A model generated the notes under the pieces. That model saw only the letters and a program-made list of their open reading frames with translations. It searched no databases and was not told where the DNA came from. Shown piece by piece: positions 47,907 to 56,293 of a DNA stretch of 64,000 nucleotides. The position numbers were made by a program, and so were the translations under genes. The stretch is from sequence record AP017925.1; one strand, given 5' to 3'. Within the stretch, counting starts at the first letter, position 1. The number at the start of each line of letters is the position of its first letter.

Positions 47907-48704
47907 CTAGGCTGCGGTTTCGAACTTCAAACCGACAGCGCTGACAGACGACAGCAACTCGATATGGTCCGGCATGAGCAGGAGATGGAAGTCGGAGTCG
48001 CGAGGATCAGCGCTTACTCCTACGCGGATCAAATCACTGGTGTCGCGATTTACATCGACCTGCTGCGGGAACAATACGTACGGATGATGCTGATTGAGCC
48101 GAGATACGTAGTCCATCAGCGAGATATCGGCGACGAGATCCTTCGACGAATCGAGAACGATACTGGCCATCACAGCTTTCAGGCCCGGAACTCTCTGTTC
48201 TTGGAAGAACGGATCAGCATCACGATTTGCCGTCATGCGGTGGTAAGCGGTTTGTGTTAGCAGCGCTTCGCGCAAAGCACGCACCAGCAATACGGCCTTC
48301 TCGATTGCTTCGTTGGTTTCGGTGATCTCGTCATCATTCCACGAAGCATAGAGCTGGCTGATATAGCCGGAGAAGAAGCGCTCAGTAGCGATGATGAACA
48401 ACTTGTGTTCCGGGGACTCGGTCATCATAGTCGGGACCACACCCGCTGCCGCTGGCATGAAGCCGAAGCCAGCGTGAGCACCTGCAATGACGCGCCGCCG
48501 CGCTCCAAAGCGACCGGCGACTGGAGCGTCGCCATGATGTTGGATTGCTTGTTCTTCCGAACCCAAATGCGTTCGGCCGTTGAGGTCTTCCTTGGGAGTA
48601 TCTGCGCCACCGGCGATTTCAACCACAGGCGGCAAGCCGGATTCAGCTTGGCCGTCTTTCTTGGTTTCGAAGGTGGTGCCGGTTGCGGTATCGGTAATAG
48701 CCAT
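47907..48704 (-). CDS. Hypothetical protein (265 aa)
   Basis: Start trimmed to MAITDT after AAGGAAA. Confidence 0.65.
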   Translation of the reverse strand: MAITDTATGTTFETKKDGQAESGLPPVVEIAGGADTPKEDLNGRTHLGSEEQAIQHHGDAPVAGRFGARRRVIAGAHAGFGFMPAAAGVVPTMMTESPEHKLFIIATERFFSGYISQLYASWNDDEITETNEAIEKAVLLVRALREALLTQTAYHRMTANRDADPFFQEQRVPGLKAVMASIVLDSSKDLVADISLMDYVSRLNQHHPYVLFPQQVDVNRDTSDLIRVGVSADPRDSDFHLLLMPDHIELLSSVSAVGLKFETAA

Positions 48705-48765
48705 GGTCTTTCCTTTAAGAACAGAGTGGTGAAGTTGGGCCAGTGGTGATGGCCCGGGTAGTGGA

Positions 48766-49764
48766 TCAAGAATTCTTGCGATCGATTTCCTCAATGATCA
48801 GAGTTTCATGGAGGATGAGGCCAAGAGTAACGTGCGCAAGTGTTTGTTGCTGGCGCCGTAGCTCTATGGTTCCGCTCTGATTAATCAGACTCTTGATTTC
48901 CTCGAAATACGCGTAGACCGCCTGAACATGTGGGAGCTTCAGAGTCGTCTTGCGAGGGCGATATAAGCGATGAGCGTGAAGTTCTTTCGAGTTGGTAAAC
49001 GTCGTGATATGCATCAGGACGGATTGATCTCGTGCAATATGCGCCATAAAGCGTAGCGTAATGCGGCGCTCTGCATAACCTTCAAAGCCAAAATACAGGC
49101 ACAACGAAATTAGTTCATCGTCATCGCGAGAGTATTCATCAGCGTAGACCATCTTCTCAATCTTCGACAGATTGATAAGATCGACGACATAATCCATTCT
49201 CCGTTGTTTCTGGTAACTGGGTTGCGTCTTGAGGTCGATCGCGATCGCCATCTGGCCGCTGCAGTAATCCAGATCAGCGATATTCGGAATATCATATTCG
49301 GAGATATTAGCCGCATCAATTGCAGTCTCGATTGCAGCTTTAGTGGCTGTGTAATTCCCTGCAATGCGATCAATGCGAGCTTGATGGGTCTCACCAGGCC
49401 GCGCTGCATAAATCGCAGCTACGTCCATTACTGGCGCAGGAATCAGGTAATCTTCAATCAACGCAATATGCGTTAGGCCTAATTCTTTCCCGTGTTCAAA
49501 TACTTCGCCAACGACATAGCAGCACAGGTTAAACACTGTGCTTGCTTTTTCCCCTACGCGTAGCATGCGCTGAATGTAGGGATGGTCGGCCCTATCAGTT
49601 TTTCCAGCGAGGACGATATACGCGAGTTCGAGGCAGGTAGAACGAAGATTCAGCAGATACTGTTCGGTATCTTGGTGCTCGTGCCGATACTGATGCACTT
49701 TTTCTTTCAGTGCTAGTAACTGTTGCCTTTTCTTATCAATAGACGCGCAGACTAGGTTATGCAT
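48766..49764 (-). CDS. Hypothetical protein (332 aa), AT-richer than neighbours
   Basis: RBS AGGAGAAA before MHNLVC. Confidence 0.65.
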   Translation of the reverse strand: MHNLVCASIDKKRQQLLALKEKVHQYRHEHQDTEQYLLNLRSTCLELAYIVLAGKTDRADHPYIQRMLRVGEKASTVFNLCCYVVGEVFEHGKELGLTHIALIEDYLIPAPVMDVAAIYAARPGETHQARIDRIAGNYTATKAAIETAIDAANISEYDIPNIADLDYCSGQMAIAIDLKTQPSYQKQRRMDYVVDLINLSKIEKMVYADEYSRDDDELISLCLYFGFEGYAERRITLRFMAHIARDQSVLMHITTFTNSKELHAHRLYRPRKTTLKLPHVQAVYAYFEEIKSLINQSGTIELRRQQQTLAHVTLGLILHETLIIEEIDRKNS

Positions 49765-49907
49765 TGTTACTTTCTCCTTCAGGTAGTGCAAATGAGGTTA
49801 GGTGTTACACTTGACTAGCTACCGTGGCTGAGATTTCACCATTCTTCTTAATTACAGGTTTATCCTCAGACCATACATCAGGGGTCGTAGTAAAAATGTC
49901 AGAAACT

Positions 49908-49955
49908 GCATAAAACCCGAGAGCGCTTGCCCTCGGGGTTTCGCGTTTTATGCCG
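49908..49955. terminator. GCATAA/TTATGCCG-flanked terminator
   Basis: AAAACCCGAG..CTCGGGGTTT stem. Confidence 0.65.
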
Positions 49956-50882
49956 TTATTGCTCGGCCGCCGCCAGCGCCTTATTCAGCGCAAGGTAGGC
50001 GTTGATTTCTGCACGAGCGACCTCTACTGCGGCAGAGAGGATCTGCCGCTGGATCTGGGACATCGATTCCCACGGAATAACAAACCGCAGTTGCTGGTGT
50101 TGGCTTGCCGCTGCATTGTAGGCCTCACGATTTGCCTGCACGGAGTCGTAATACATCCGGTAGACTTGCTCGGCAGAGATGTCGGGCTGATGAACCACGA
50201 GATGCATCGCCGCACGCGAGATGTCGTTATACGGAAGTGGCTTGAAGATTTCACCGTTAGAGCCAAAGTTGCTCAGGAAAGTCGACAACGACTTAACTAC
50301 CAATTCGGTTTGGTCAACTGTGATCAGTCTCGCCACACCTTCCACCACCTTCGGGATACAGAACTCGACATAAGCACTGTCATTCTGGTCGTACAGCGCC
50401 ACACGAATCACCACGTCCCAGTTCGGCTGATCAGGCACACGACGCAGCGTAAAAGAGCTAAGCACCTCCAGCTGCGGTGCCTGTGGATTGAGTTCTGCAT
50501 AATAACCAACGAAACGCCGCACCGATTCGGAGAAGGCGCGGACATTGACTGCATGCGGTGCCAGCTTGTCCTGCATGATGAGGCCGTGCTTGGCCAGTTC
50601 GCGTTTGATGAAACTCTCAACACGAGTCAGCGGGTCCGTAAGCACGTTATAAAGAACGGTGCTAGGTTCTTCCAGAAGGTGGAGTTTTGCCCACTGGTTG
50701 CGATCAACCGTGTTGAGGGTGGCACGCAGCATGCCGCGCAATTTGGAATAGTGGCCGATCTTCTTAGCACCATCGAAGATCGATGCCAGAGTTTCGACCT
50801 CAACCGGCTTACCGAGTTGCAGGTCGCGTTCCAGGAAATCGCGCAGAGTGACAGCGCATACGGCAGGGGTATCCATTTGCAT
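49956..50882 (-). CDS. Hypothetical protein (308 aa)
   Basis: RBS AAAGGA; no family recognised. Confidence 0.65.
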   Translation of the reverse strand: MQMDTPAVCAVTLRDFLERDLQLGKPVEVETLASIFDGAKKIGHYSKLRGMLRATLNTVDRNQWAKLHLLEEPSTVLYNVLTDPLTRVESFIKRELAKHGLIMQDKLAPHAVNVRAFSESVRRFVGYYAELNPQAPQLEVLSSFTLRRVPDQPNWDVVIRVALYDQNDSAYVEFCIPKVVEGVARLITVDQTELVVKSLSTFLSNFGSNGEIFKPLPYNDISRAAMHLVVHQPDISAEQVYRMYYDSVQANREAYNAAASQHQQLRFVIPWESMSQIQRQILSAAVEVARAEINAYLALNKALAAAEQ

Positions 50883-50972
50883 CCTTTGGTTGTTATTCAG
50901 GCGGTGATTACTTTCCTATCAACACTATCTAGGTGTGGATACAAAAATAATCAGCGGCATAAGAGGCACATT

Positions 50973-51541
50973 GCCCCAGCTCAAGCCATCTGGCCGCACC
51001 CCTACGCTCAGTAAGGGATTTAGGTTGATGGTCGTGGCTGGGGCGTATGCTTTTCATTGAGTGGCGCCAATCGTTCAACAAAGTGATAGCTAAGGGAAGT
51101 CTTGGAGAGCATCAGTCTACCAAGAGCGACACGAAACTAGCATCGGTGTCTATTACGTTATTGCCGAGTCCCACACAGGAACTATTACTCGAAGGGGAGT
51201 GTATCTGGAGCGAGAATCTCACTCAGTTAGGGCATGGTCATTTACCCTCAGATATACGCGAGCGCATCGCTGACGTACGCAAGTATGTCTGCAATCAACG
51301 AGGCGCCGCTGGGACCGTGAGCGACTGCATGTAAGTCTGAGTGAGATATGCTAGCGTACCTACTTCTCACTGTGCCGAACAGCCCTCTCGCTGGCGCAGT
51401 CACCTGCCAGCGTCGATATCGCACGCGGCTGCTCAGGCCGCGGTTGAAGAGGGCTTTGCATCCAGGACACAGGGTACGAGCCAGCCCGAAATACGGAGCT
51501 GGCCAATGAGAAGTAGGAGTTACGCCAGAAGCCCCAGCTCA
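50973..51541 (-). ncRNA. Candidate large structured non-coding RNA (~570 nt)
   Basis: No credible ORF; perfect 11-bp pairs 51359-69/51507-17 and 51216-26/51337-47; 8-bp pair 51381-88/51448-55; several local hairpins; a loop-to-distal pairing; 11-nt terminal direct repeat. Strand inferred from the flanking genes and a downstream TTATGCCG motif. Confidence 0.6.
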
Positions 51542-51634
51542 GATAGCTGAAGAATCCGAAGATGTTTGTTCTCCTTGTTCTTTGTTGAGTGTTGTGCACT
51601 CGTGGTCAAATAATTAGCCACCCCATGTAATTTC

Positions 51635-51886
51635 TTACAGGGATGCTGTTTTACAGAGATATTCATCAAGCGCTTGTGCAGTGCGATCGATTCTCCATTG
51701 ATTCAGTAACACGTTTGCCGAGGCAATTGCAACGGCGGGAGGATCTGGTTCTTCAGTGATCACTCCTGCCGCTAGCTCAGCATCATGTTTAGCCTTAGCA
51801 CGATGATACGCGAGATGCTTATCAAACGTAGCGCGAGCTGTCAACTTCGACGGTGTAGCTGATGCTACGCGCCAGTTGGTCGGCAT
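51635..51886 (-). CDS. Hypothetical protein (83 aa), start uncertain
   Basis: Overlaps the upstream gene by 65 bp. Confidence 0.35.
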   Translation of the reverse strand: MPTNWRVASATPSKLTARATFDKHLAYHRAKAKHDAELAAGVITEEPDPPAVAIASANVLLNQWRIDRTAQALDEYLCKTASL

Positions 51887-52250
51887 GGTCGAAAATCTCC
51901 AGCGTGTAGCGCCAGTTCTTATCGCTCTTCGAGCGGGTCAGCTTGGCGGTTTCCAGACCTTGCTTGAACGCTTGTTTGAAAGCGACAGCATAGTCGATGT
52001 AGTAAGCCAGGTCGCGCTCTTGCTTCCACGACAGACCGATGCTGCTGCGCAGGAAGCCCTGCACGCGGCGCAGTTCCTTGTCCAGAGCAGCGATGTGGAC
52101 GGTCAGGTTCGTATAATACTCAACGCTCTTGACTTCGAAGATTTCTTCCTTCACCGGTGCAACCACTTTCGGTGCCGGAGCTTCTTCAGCCATGTTGAAG
52201 AAAGCCAGGATAGCGTGGGAGATACGGTCGATTTTGTTCAGTGCATTCAT
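51822..52250 (-). CDS. Hypothetical protein (142 aa)
   Basis: RBS TGGAG; leader TGGAGTCTATCATG identical to that of the 54767 gene. Confidence 0.65.
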   Translation of the reverse strand: MNALNKIDRISHAILAFFNMAEEAPAPKVVAPVKEEIFEVKSVEYYTNLTVHIAALDKELRRVQGFLRSSIGLSWKQERDLAYYIDYAVAFKQAFKQGLETAKLTRSKSDKNWRYTLEIFDHADQLARSISYTVEVDSSRYV

Positions 52251-52290
52251 GATAGACTCCAGTACAGTTGTTAGGTTTTGATCGAAATGA

Positions 52291-52626
52291 TCAGATTGCG
52301 CTCAAGCAGGTATAAGCAGCCTTGTCCCAGCCAGACCACGTTTGGATAGAAACTTCCACACGGGTGCAGCCAGTGCTGCCAACGGGTGTGCGCGTAATCT
52401 TCAACTGACTGAAGTCGCGCTCAGAAAAGCTGGTTACTGCATTGTGAAACGCCATGATGTCTGCCATAGCTTCGGCTTGCAAACCGAAACGACGGGCATA
52501 AAAGAGAGCCTGGAGGCCCTCTATGTGCGCAGCCACACGGCCTTCTTTTACATTAGAGAAAATCTCTTCGCGCGGCAGCTGTTCGATAGCTTCGCGTTCT
52601 TCACGATAGAGTACAGACACATCCAT
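52291..52626 (-). CDS. Hypothetical protein (111 aa)
   Basis: RBS AGGAG. Confidence 0.6.
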   Translation of the reverse strand: MDVSVLYREEREAIEQLPREEIFSNVKEGRVAAHIEGLQALFYARRFGLQAEAMADIMAFHNAVTSFSERDFSQLKITRTPVGSTGCTRVEVSIQTWSGWDKAAYTCLSAI

Positions 52627-52650
52627 CTCCTAGGAGCATAAGGTGATTAA

Positions 52651-52680
52651 GCACCGCCACCCAAGAGATGGGCGCGGTGC
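52651..52680 (-). terminator. Hairpin terminator or attenuator
   Basis: GCACCGC..CCA/TGGG..GCGGTGC stem followed on the minus strand by TTAATCACCTTATGC. Confidence 0.55.
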
Positions 52681-52780
52681 TACGTTTGTTGCTGCTGCAT
52701 GTATTGCCTTCCTACGAACTATCCTTGTTCAGAAGCTGGGCGCTAATTAGGCGCCATAGCAAAGCAACTGCATAAAAGAC

Positions 52781-53131
52781 TTACCAACCGTTCCCTTGGA
52801 AACGGAAGGCTTCACGTTCTGTGTAGGTCATCATCGCTTCCGAGCGACGTTGTGCGTGTTGTGTAGCATCGGCCTTCAGGTTAGCAACCTTGTGACGGAT
52901 GCTGTACTCGCTACGGCCCTTGCCGAGCCAGTAAGTAGCAGCGTCGTCGACAACCTTGAAGACATCCTGCTTACGCTTCTCCCAGCGCGCTGCTTCAGCA
53001 GCTTCTGCAGAGTGAGCACGGTCTTGCTTGGCCATGTCGCAGGCTGCGTTAAGAGCGATACCCAGCAGTCCGCCAATTGCGCGACCAATCAGTTCGCTAC
53101 CCGAAGCGGATTTTTTGGTGATGGAGTTCAT
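52781..53131 (-). CDS. Hypothetical protein (116 aa)
   Basis: Start trimmed to MNSITKK after AAGGAAA. Confidence 0.6.
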   Translation of the reverse strand: MNSITKKSASGSELIGRAIGGLLGIALNAACDMAKQDRAHSAEAAEAARWEKRKQDVFKVVDDAATYWLGKGRSEYSIRHKVANLKADATQHAQRRSEAMMTYTEREAFRFQGNGW

Positions 53132-53193
53132 GGTGTTTTCCTTTAATCTAGAGTTATGGTGATGTAAATACGTCGTAGGTCGCACCCTACGGT

Positions 53194-53454
53194 TTAAAGG
53201 CCTGTCGCAACAAAGTTGTCGATCAGGAATTCAGCAAAACACAAATCCGTGAGACAGCGCTTCTTACCAGCTGCTTCAACCATGCTGCGAAGATTATTCT
53301 CGCGACAGTTCTTCTTCCACTGCTCGGTGAAGTCGCTGTGGTCGAGATTCATCGCCGTTTTCAGTTTACTGAGCGCACGTTTGTACAAACGGTCAAACTT
53401 GAAGACGTCCGTGTGTCCGAACTGTTCCGGATTAATTGGCATGGCCATGTACAT
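53194..53454 (-). CDS. Hypothetical protein (86 aa)
   Basis: RBS AGGAG. Confidence 0.6.
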   Translation of the reverse strand: MYMAMPINPEQFGHTDVFKFDRLYKRALSKLKTAMNLDHSDFTEQWKKNCRENNLRSMVEAAGKKRCLTDLCFAEFLIDNFVATGL

Positions 53455-53547
53455 TACAACTACTCCTTTTCCTTAATCTATTATTTTGTTTTGATGCAGC
53501 TGCATCGCGGAGGACTACCCGAAGGCAGTCCTTGACGATGAATCCGC

Positions 53548-53874
53548 TTACCACCACCGCGCTACGCAGAATGCCACGAAGCATTCGAGCGAGTCGAACA
53601 ACTCCGGATCAGCTTCTCTCGTCGGACCGTAGAACAGCTCGCCCCAGATCGGGAAGGCATGCAACGCACACGGTCGCAGTTCAATCACGATCTTGCAACC
53701 GTACACGTCAGCCATCAGCGTGTCTTCGGTGCGGTACTCCCACTTCAAGGTCTTCATGAACTTCTCGATGATTCGCTCACCATCGGTGTTGTTCTCGGGA
53801 CGCTGGTGCAGGTAGATCACTGCAGCCTGATGATCGCGGGAAAAGTCATCAGCGCATTTGAATACTTGGGACAT
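53548..53874 (-). CDS. Hypothetical protein (108 aa)
   Basis: RBS GAGGA. Confidence 0.6.
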   Translation of the reverse strand: MSQVFKCADDFSRDHQAAVIYLHQRPENNTDGERIIEKFMKTLKWEYRTEDTLMADVYGCKIVIELRPCALHAFPIWGELFYGPTREADPELFDSLECFVAFCVARWW

Positions 53875-53889
53875 GGGGTCGTTCCTCTT

Positions 53890-54030
53890 TTAGTAGAGAG
53901 ATTTGCCACAATTGCACGGGCCAGAGTAACCATGACGCTCAGCGCCACTGCCGCGACTGAGCAAGCAGTTAGTCTGACTACCATTGATGGTGAAGTACAC
54001 CCAGCCCTTAGGAGCGCGAGTAGTTTTCAT
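53890..54030 (-). CDS. 46-aa small protein with C..CNC, below the ORF-track cutoff
   Basis: Manual translation MKTTRAPKGWVYFTINGSQTNCLLSRGSGAERHGYSGPCNCGKSLY; RBS AGGAAAG; fills the gap between two genes. Confidence 0.6.
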   Translation of the reverse strand: MKTTRAPKGWVYFTINGSQTNCLLSRGSGAERHGYSGPCNCGKSLY

Positions 54031-54046
54031 TTCTCTTTCCTTCTAA

Positions 54047-54379
54047 TTAAAGACCAGTCCAGATAAAGTGATCGATCAGGGTGTGCATGTAAATTGCAGC
54101 TTGTAGAAACACTTGATCGATCGGATGACCGTCATCCTTATCGAAGAGTTGTTTGGCATGTTCACTCAACTCTTCTGCGCGACGATCGATATCGAGATGC
54201 TGGAAGCGTTGTCGGTTGTTATTCAGAGCTGCTGCGATTTTACTGAGAGCAGCGTAGCGCAGCTTTTCTTTTAACTCTTTCGGATCAAAGCCGCTAACAT
54301 CCAAGCGACGAACATTCTCAAGTTCGTCGCTATGGATCATCGCTGCGTAGGCGCCACCGCCATCAAGATTGAGAAACAT
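54047..54379 (-). CDS. Hypothetical protein (110 aa)
   Basis: RBS AGGAG. Confidence 0.6.
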   Translation of the reverse strand: MFLNLDGGGAYAAMIHSDELENVRRLDVSGFDPKELKEKLRYAALSKIAAALNNNRQRFQHLDIDRRAEELSEHAKQLFDKDDGHPIDQVFLQAAIYMHTLIDHFIWTGL

Positions 54380-54389
54380 GCTTTTCTCC

Positions 54390-54767
54390 TTAATCGTTCT
54401 TCAGGCCTGCGAAACGGAAGTGGAGCTGACGATTACCATTCTTCTCAGCGAAGTAGAAGACGAAGATATTGGACTTCTCGGGATGATCACGATACCAGAC
54501 CTTGCATTCCCACTGTTCGCTGAATGTCGGAAAGTCGTTGTAGGCCAGTTCGATCGCATCTGCCATAGCGTAGCGCATGATCGCTGATTCCATTGCGACT
54601 TCGCTAGTGTTAGTAGCGTCGATACGTTTCTGCAGCTCGGTGAGGATAGAGTGCAAGACTTCCTTACCGTGACTTGCACCGTCGAGATAGACGCATTTGT
54701 TGGTCAGGTACTTGGCAACTTGTTGCTTAGCAGCTTCTGCGGCGAGACTGATAACATTGCTGATCAT
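54390..54767 (-). CDS. Hypothetical protein (125 aa)
   Basis: Start trimmed to MISNVIS after TGGAG. Confidence 0.6.
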   Translation of the reverse strand: MISNVISLAAEAAKQQVAKYLTNKCVYLDGASHGKEVLHSILTELQKRIDATNTSEVAMESAIMRYAMADAIELAYNDFPTFSEQWECKVWYRDHPEKSNIFVFYFAEKNGNRQLHFRFAGLKND

Positions 54768-54842
54768 GATAGACTCCAAAGTTTTTAGTGTTTGTGAAAT
54801 GCTTAATAGAAGGGCCACTCAAGTAAGAAGTGACCAATCTAT

Positions 54843-55274
54843 TTAGCACTCGGAACGAATTACGTATGCTGCTTTTGTTACCTTTGTACCTTTGCTGCAA
54901 TACTGCAGCTCGAAATGATCCGTCGATTGGACGTCATTGTCGAAGAACAACCACGCATCGAAATCATCATCGCCAGCAGTGGCGATTGCATGATTTAGGA
55001 TGCTCAGGAAGCGCGCGTCTTCCCGTACTACTCGTTGTACTGCTTCCTCGGCTGTGCCGAGTTGTTGGAGTTTGTTGATGCGCAGGTTGCACCAGAACAG
55101 CAACACCTTGGTCAAACCGTCATGCTCTTTGGTGAGCTTGACGCACTGCATGTTGCGGACTTTGGGAGCAACTGGGCGAACGCTGTGGCCCGACGCCAAT
55201 ACTAAGCCGCGGAGCATGTGAAACCCCACGAACTTAGCGGTACTACCGGACAACACGTTAGACAGGATACCCAT
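54843..55274 (-). CDS. Hypothetical protein (143 aa)
   Basis: RBS AAGGAG. Confidence 0.6.
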   Translation of the reverse strand: MGILSNVLSGSTAKFVGFHMLRGLVLASGHSVRPVAPKVRNMQCVKLTKEHDGLTKVLLFWCNLRINKLQQLGTAEEAVQRVVREDARFLSILNHAIATAGDDDFDAWLFFDNDVQSTDHFELQYCSKGTKVTKAAYVIRSEC

Positions 55275-55312
55275 GGTAACTCCTTTGCGAAAAAGAAAAC
55301 AACGAAAAAGGC

Positions 55313-55340
55313 AGGGGGAAGAGCTTACGCCCCTCCCCCT
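55313..55340 (-). terminator. Intrinsic terminator with GNRA loop
   Basis: Minus strand AGGGGGAGGGGC-GTAA-GCTCTTCCCCCT (12 bp including G-U pairs), then GCCTTTTT. Confidence 0.75.
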
Positions 55341-55455
55341 TTTTAAGTGCTGGGTTCCGAATGGAACCAGCTAAAGGAAAAGGAACCACTAGCACATTGC
55401 TAGTATTGTTCAAGGTTAGAATATGTGGTTGAAAATTATTTCATTTGATCTTAAC

Positions 55456-55496
55456 GGCATAAAAGCGAGAGGGGCAAGCGCCCCTCTCGCTATGCC
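55456..55496. terminator. GGCATAA/TATGCC-flanked terminator
   Basis: GCGAGAGGGGC-AAGC-GCCCCTCTCGC stem. Confidence 0.8.
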
Positions 55497-56293
55497 TGCG
55501 GCGTAGTGGTGTGAGTTGTGCGATGGAAGAAAACCGCGTGATTAGAGCCGACTGGAATACGGTCCTTTATCGCCGTTGCAAGCCTGACCATGATCTGTGG
55601 CAGAGCATTCAGATTCTTACCGGCGTTAACGGTAGCATCTGCCTGCAGTGTTACAGATACATGGACGGTGCCTGTCGTATTACGCTTCTTACAGTTATCA
55701 ATCACAAAGCGCTCACCATTGCCAGTGCTAGTCACCGCATAGGTTTTGAGCTGTTCTGCTGCATCAACAATACAAGCCCAGCCGTCTTGCGCCATCGCCT
55801 CGATCATTTCATCAACTAGAATCGGGATGGAGTCTACCCCAATTTCCAAATCACGCAGTTTGTGCCAGCGGTCCTTGTGATAAGCACTAATCGAGCTAGT
55901 TACGTGGTCACTAATCTTTCCAGTGGCATCGTACTTACCGATAACGCTAACCGTTAGTCGCACCGGGCGTTGTTTCTGCTTAGAAATGACGTTGAGCTGA
56001 TTACAGATATCGATGCAGGCACTCTTCTGATCACTGGGTTCAGATAGAGCCGCTGCATAAGACGCTAAGTCCGTGAACGGAACGAGCTTGTCATCTGTCT
56101 TGTTTTTCGGAGCAGGGGGCTCTTCCGGCAATGCAACTTCCGGCTCGCCGGAAGAGTCCCTTGGTGCTTCCTGTTCACTATCTTCCCGCATCTCTTTGGT
56201 TATCTCTTTGGGAAGAATGACGGCACCGATAGCAACCAAAGCATACCCCACCACGGCGCGGATGCTCAGCAGAAGGCGTGTGAGTAGTTTCAT
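55490..56293 (-). CDS. Membrane-anchored hypothetical protein
   Basis: N-terminal hydrophobic helix, acidic Pro-rich linker; ATGA overlap with the upstream NTase gene. Confidence 0.65.
   Translation of the reverse strand: MKLLTRLLLSIRAVVGYALVAIGAVILPKEITKEMREDSEQEAPRDSSGEPEVALPEEPPAPKNKTDDKLVPFTDLASYAAALSEPSDQKSACIDICNQLNVISKQKQRPVRLTVSVIGKYDATGKISDHVTSSISAYHKDRWHKLRDLEIGVDSIPILVDEMIEAMAQDGWACIVDAAEQLKTYAVTSTGNGERFVIDNCKKRNTTGTVHVSVTLQADATVNAGKNLNALPQIMVRLATAIKDRIPVGSNHAVFFHRTTHTTTPQA

Noticed and set aside
50973-51044. 72-nt element closed by GCCCCAG/CTGGGGC, tRNA-sized
   Set aside because: No T-loop (TTCRA), D-arm or anticodon arm on either strand and no CCA; it folds as one long hairpin, so it is treated as part of the ncRNA candidate.
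51047-51599. ORFs 51047-51334 (+), 51341-51550 (+) and 51360-51599 (-); tmRNA, RNase P or intron identity
   Set aside because: The ORFs lack convincing RBS and codon bias. I found no RNase P (GAGGAAAGTCC), group I/II intron or tmRNA terminal motifs; the GGGGCT similarity is too short.
52248-54778. Identical 14-bp TGGAGTCTATCATG at two gene starts
   Set aside because: Explained as a reused RBS-spacer-ATG; too short to imply a separate element.
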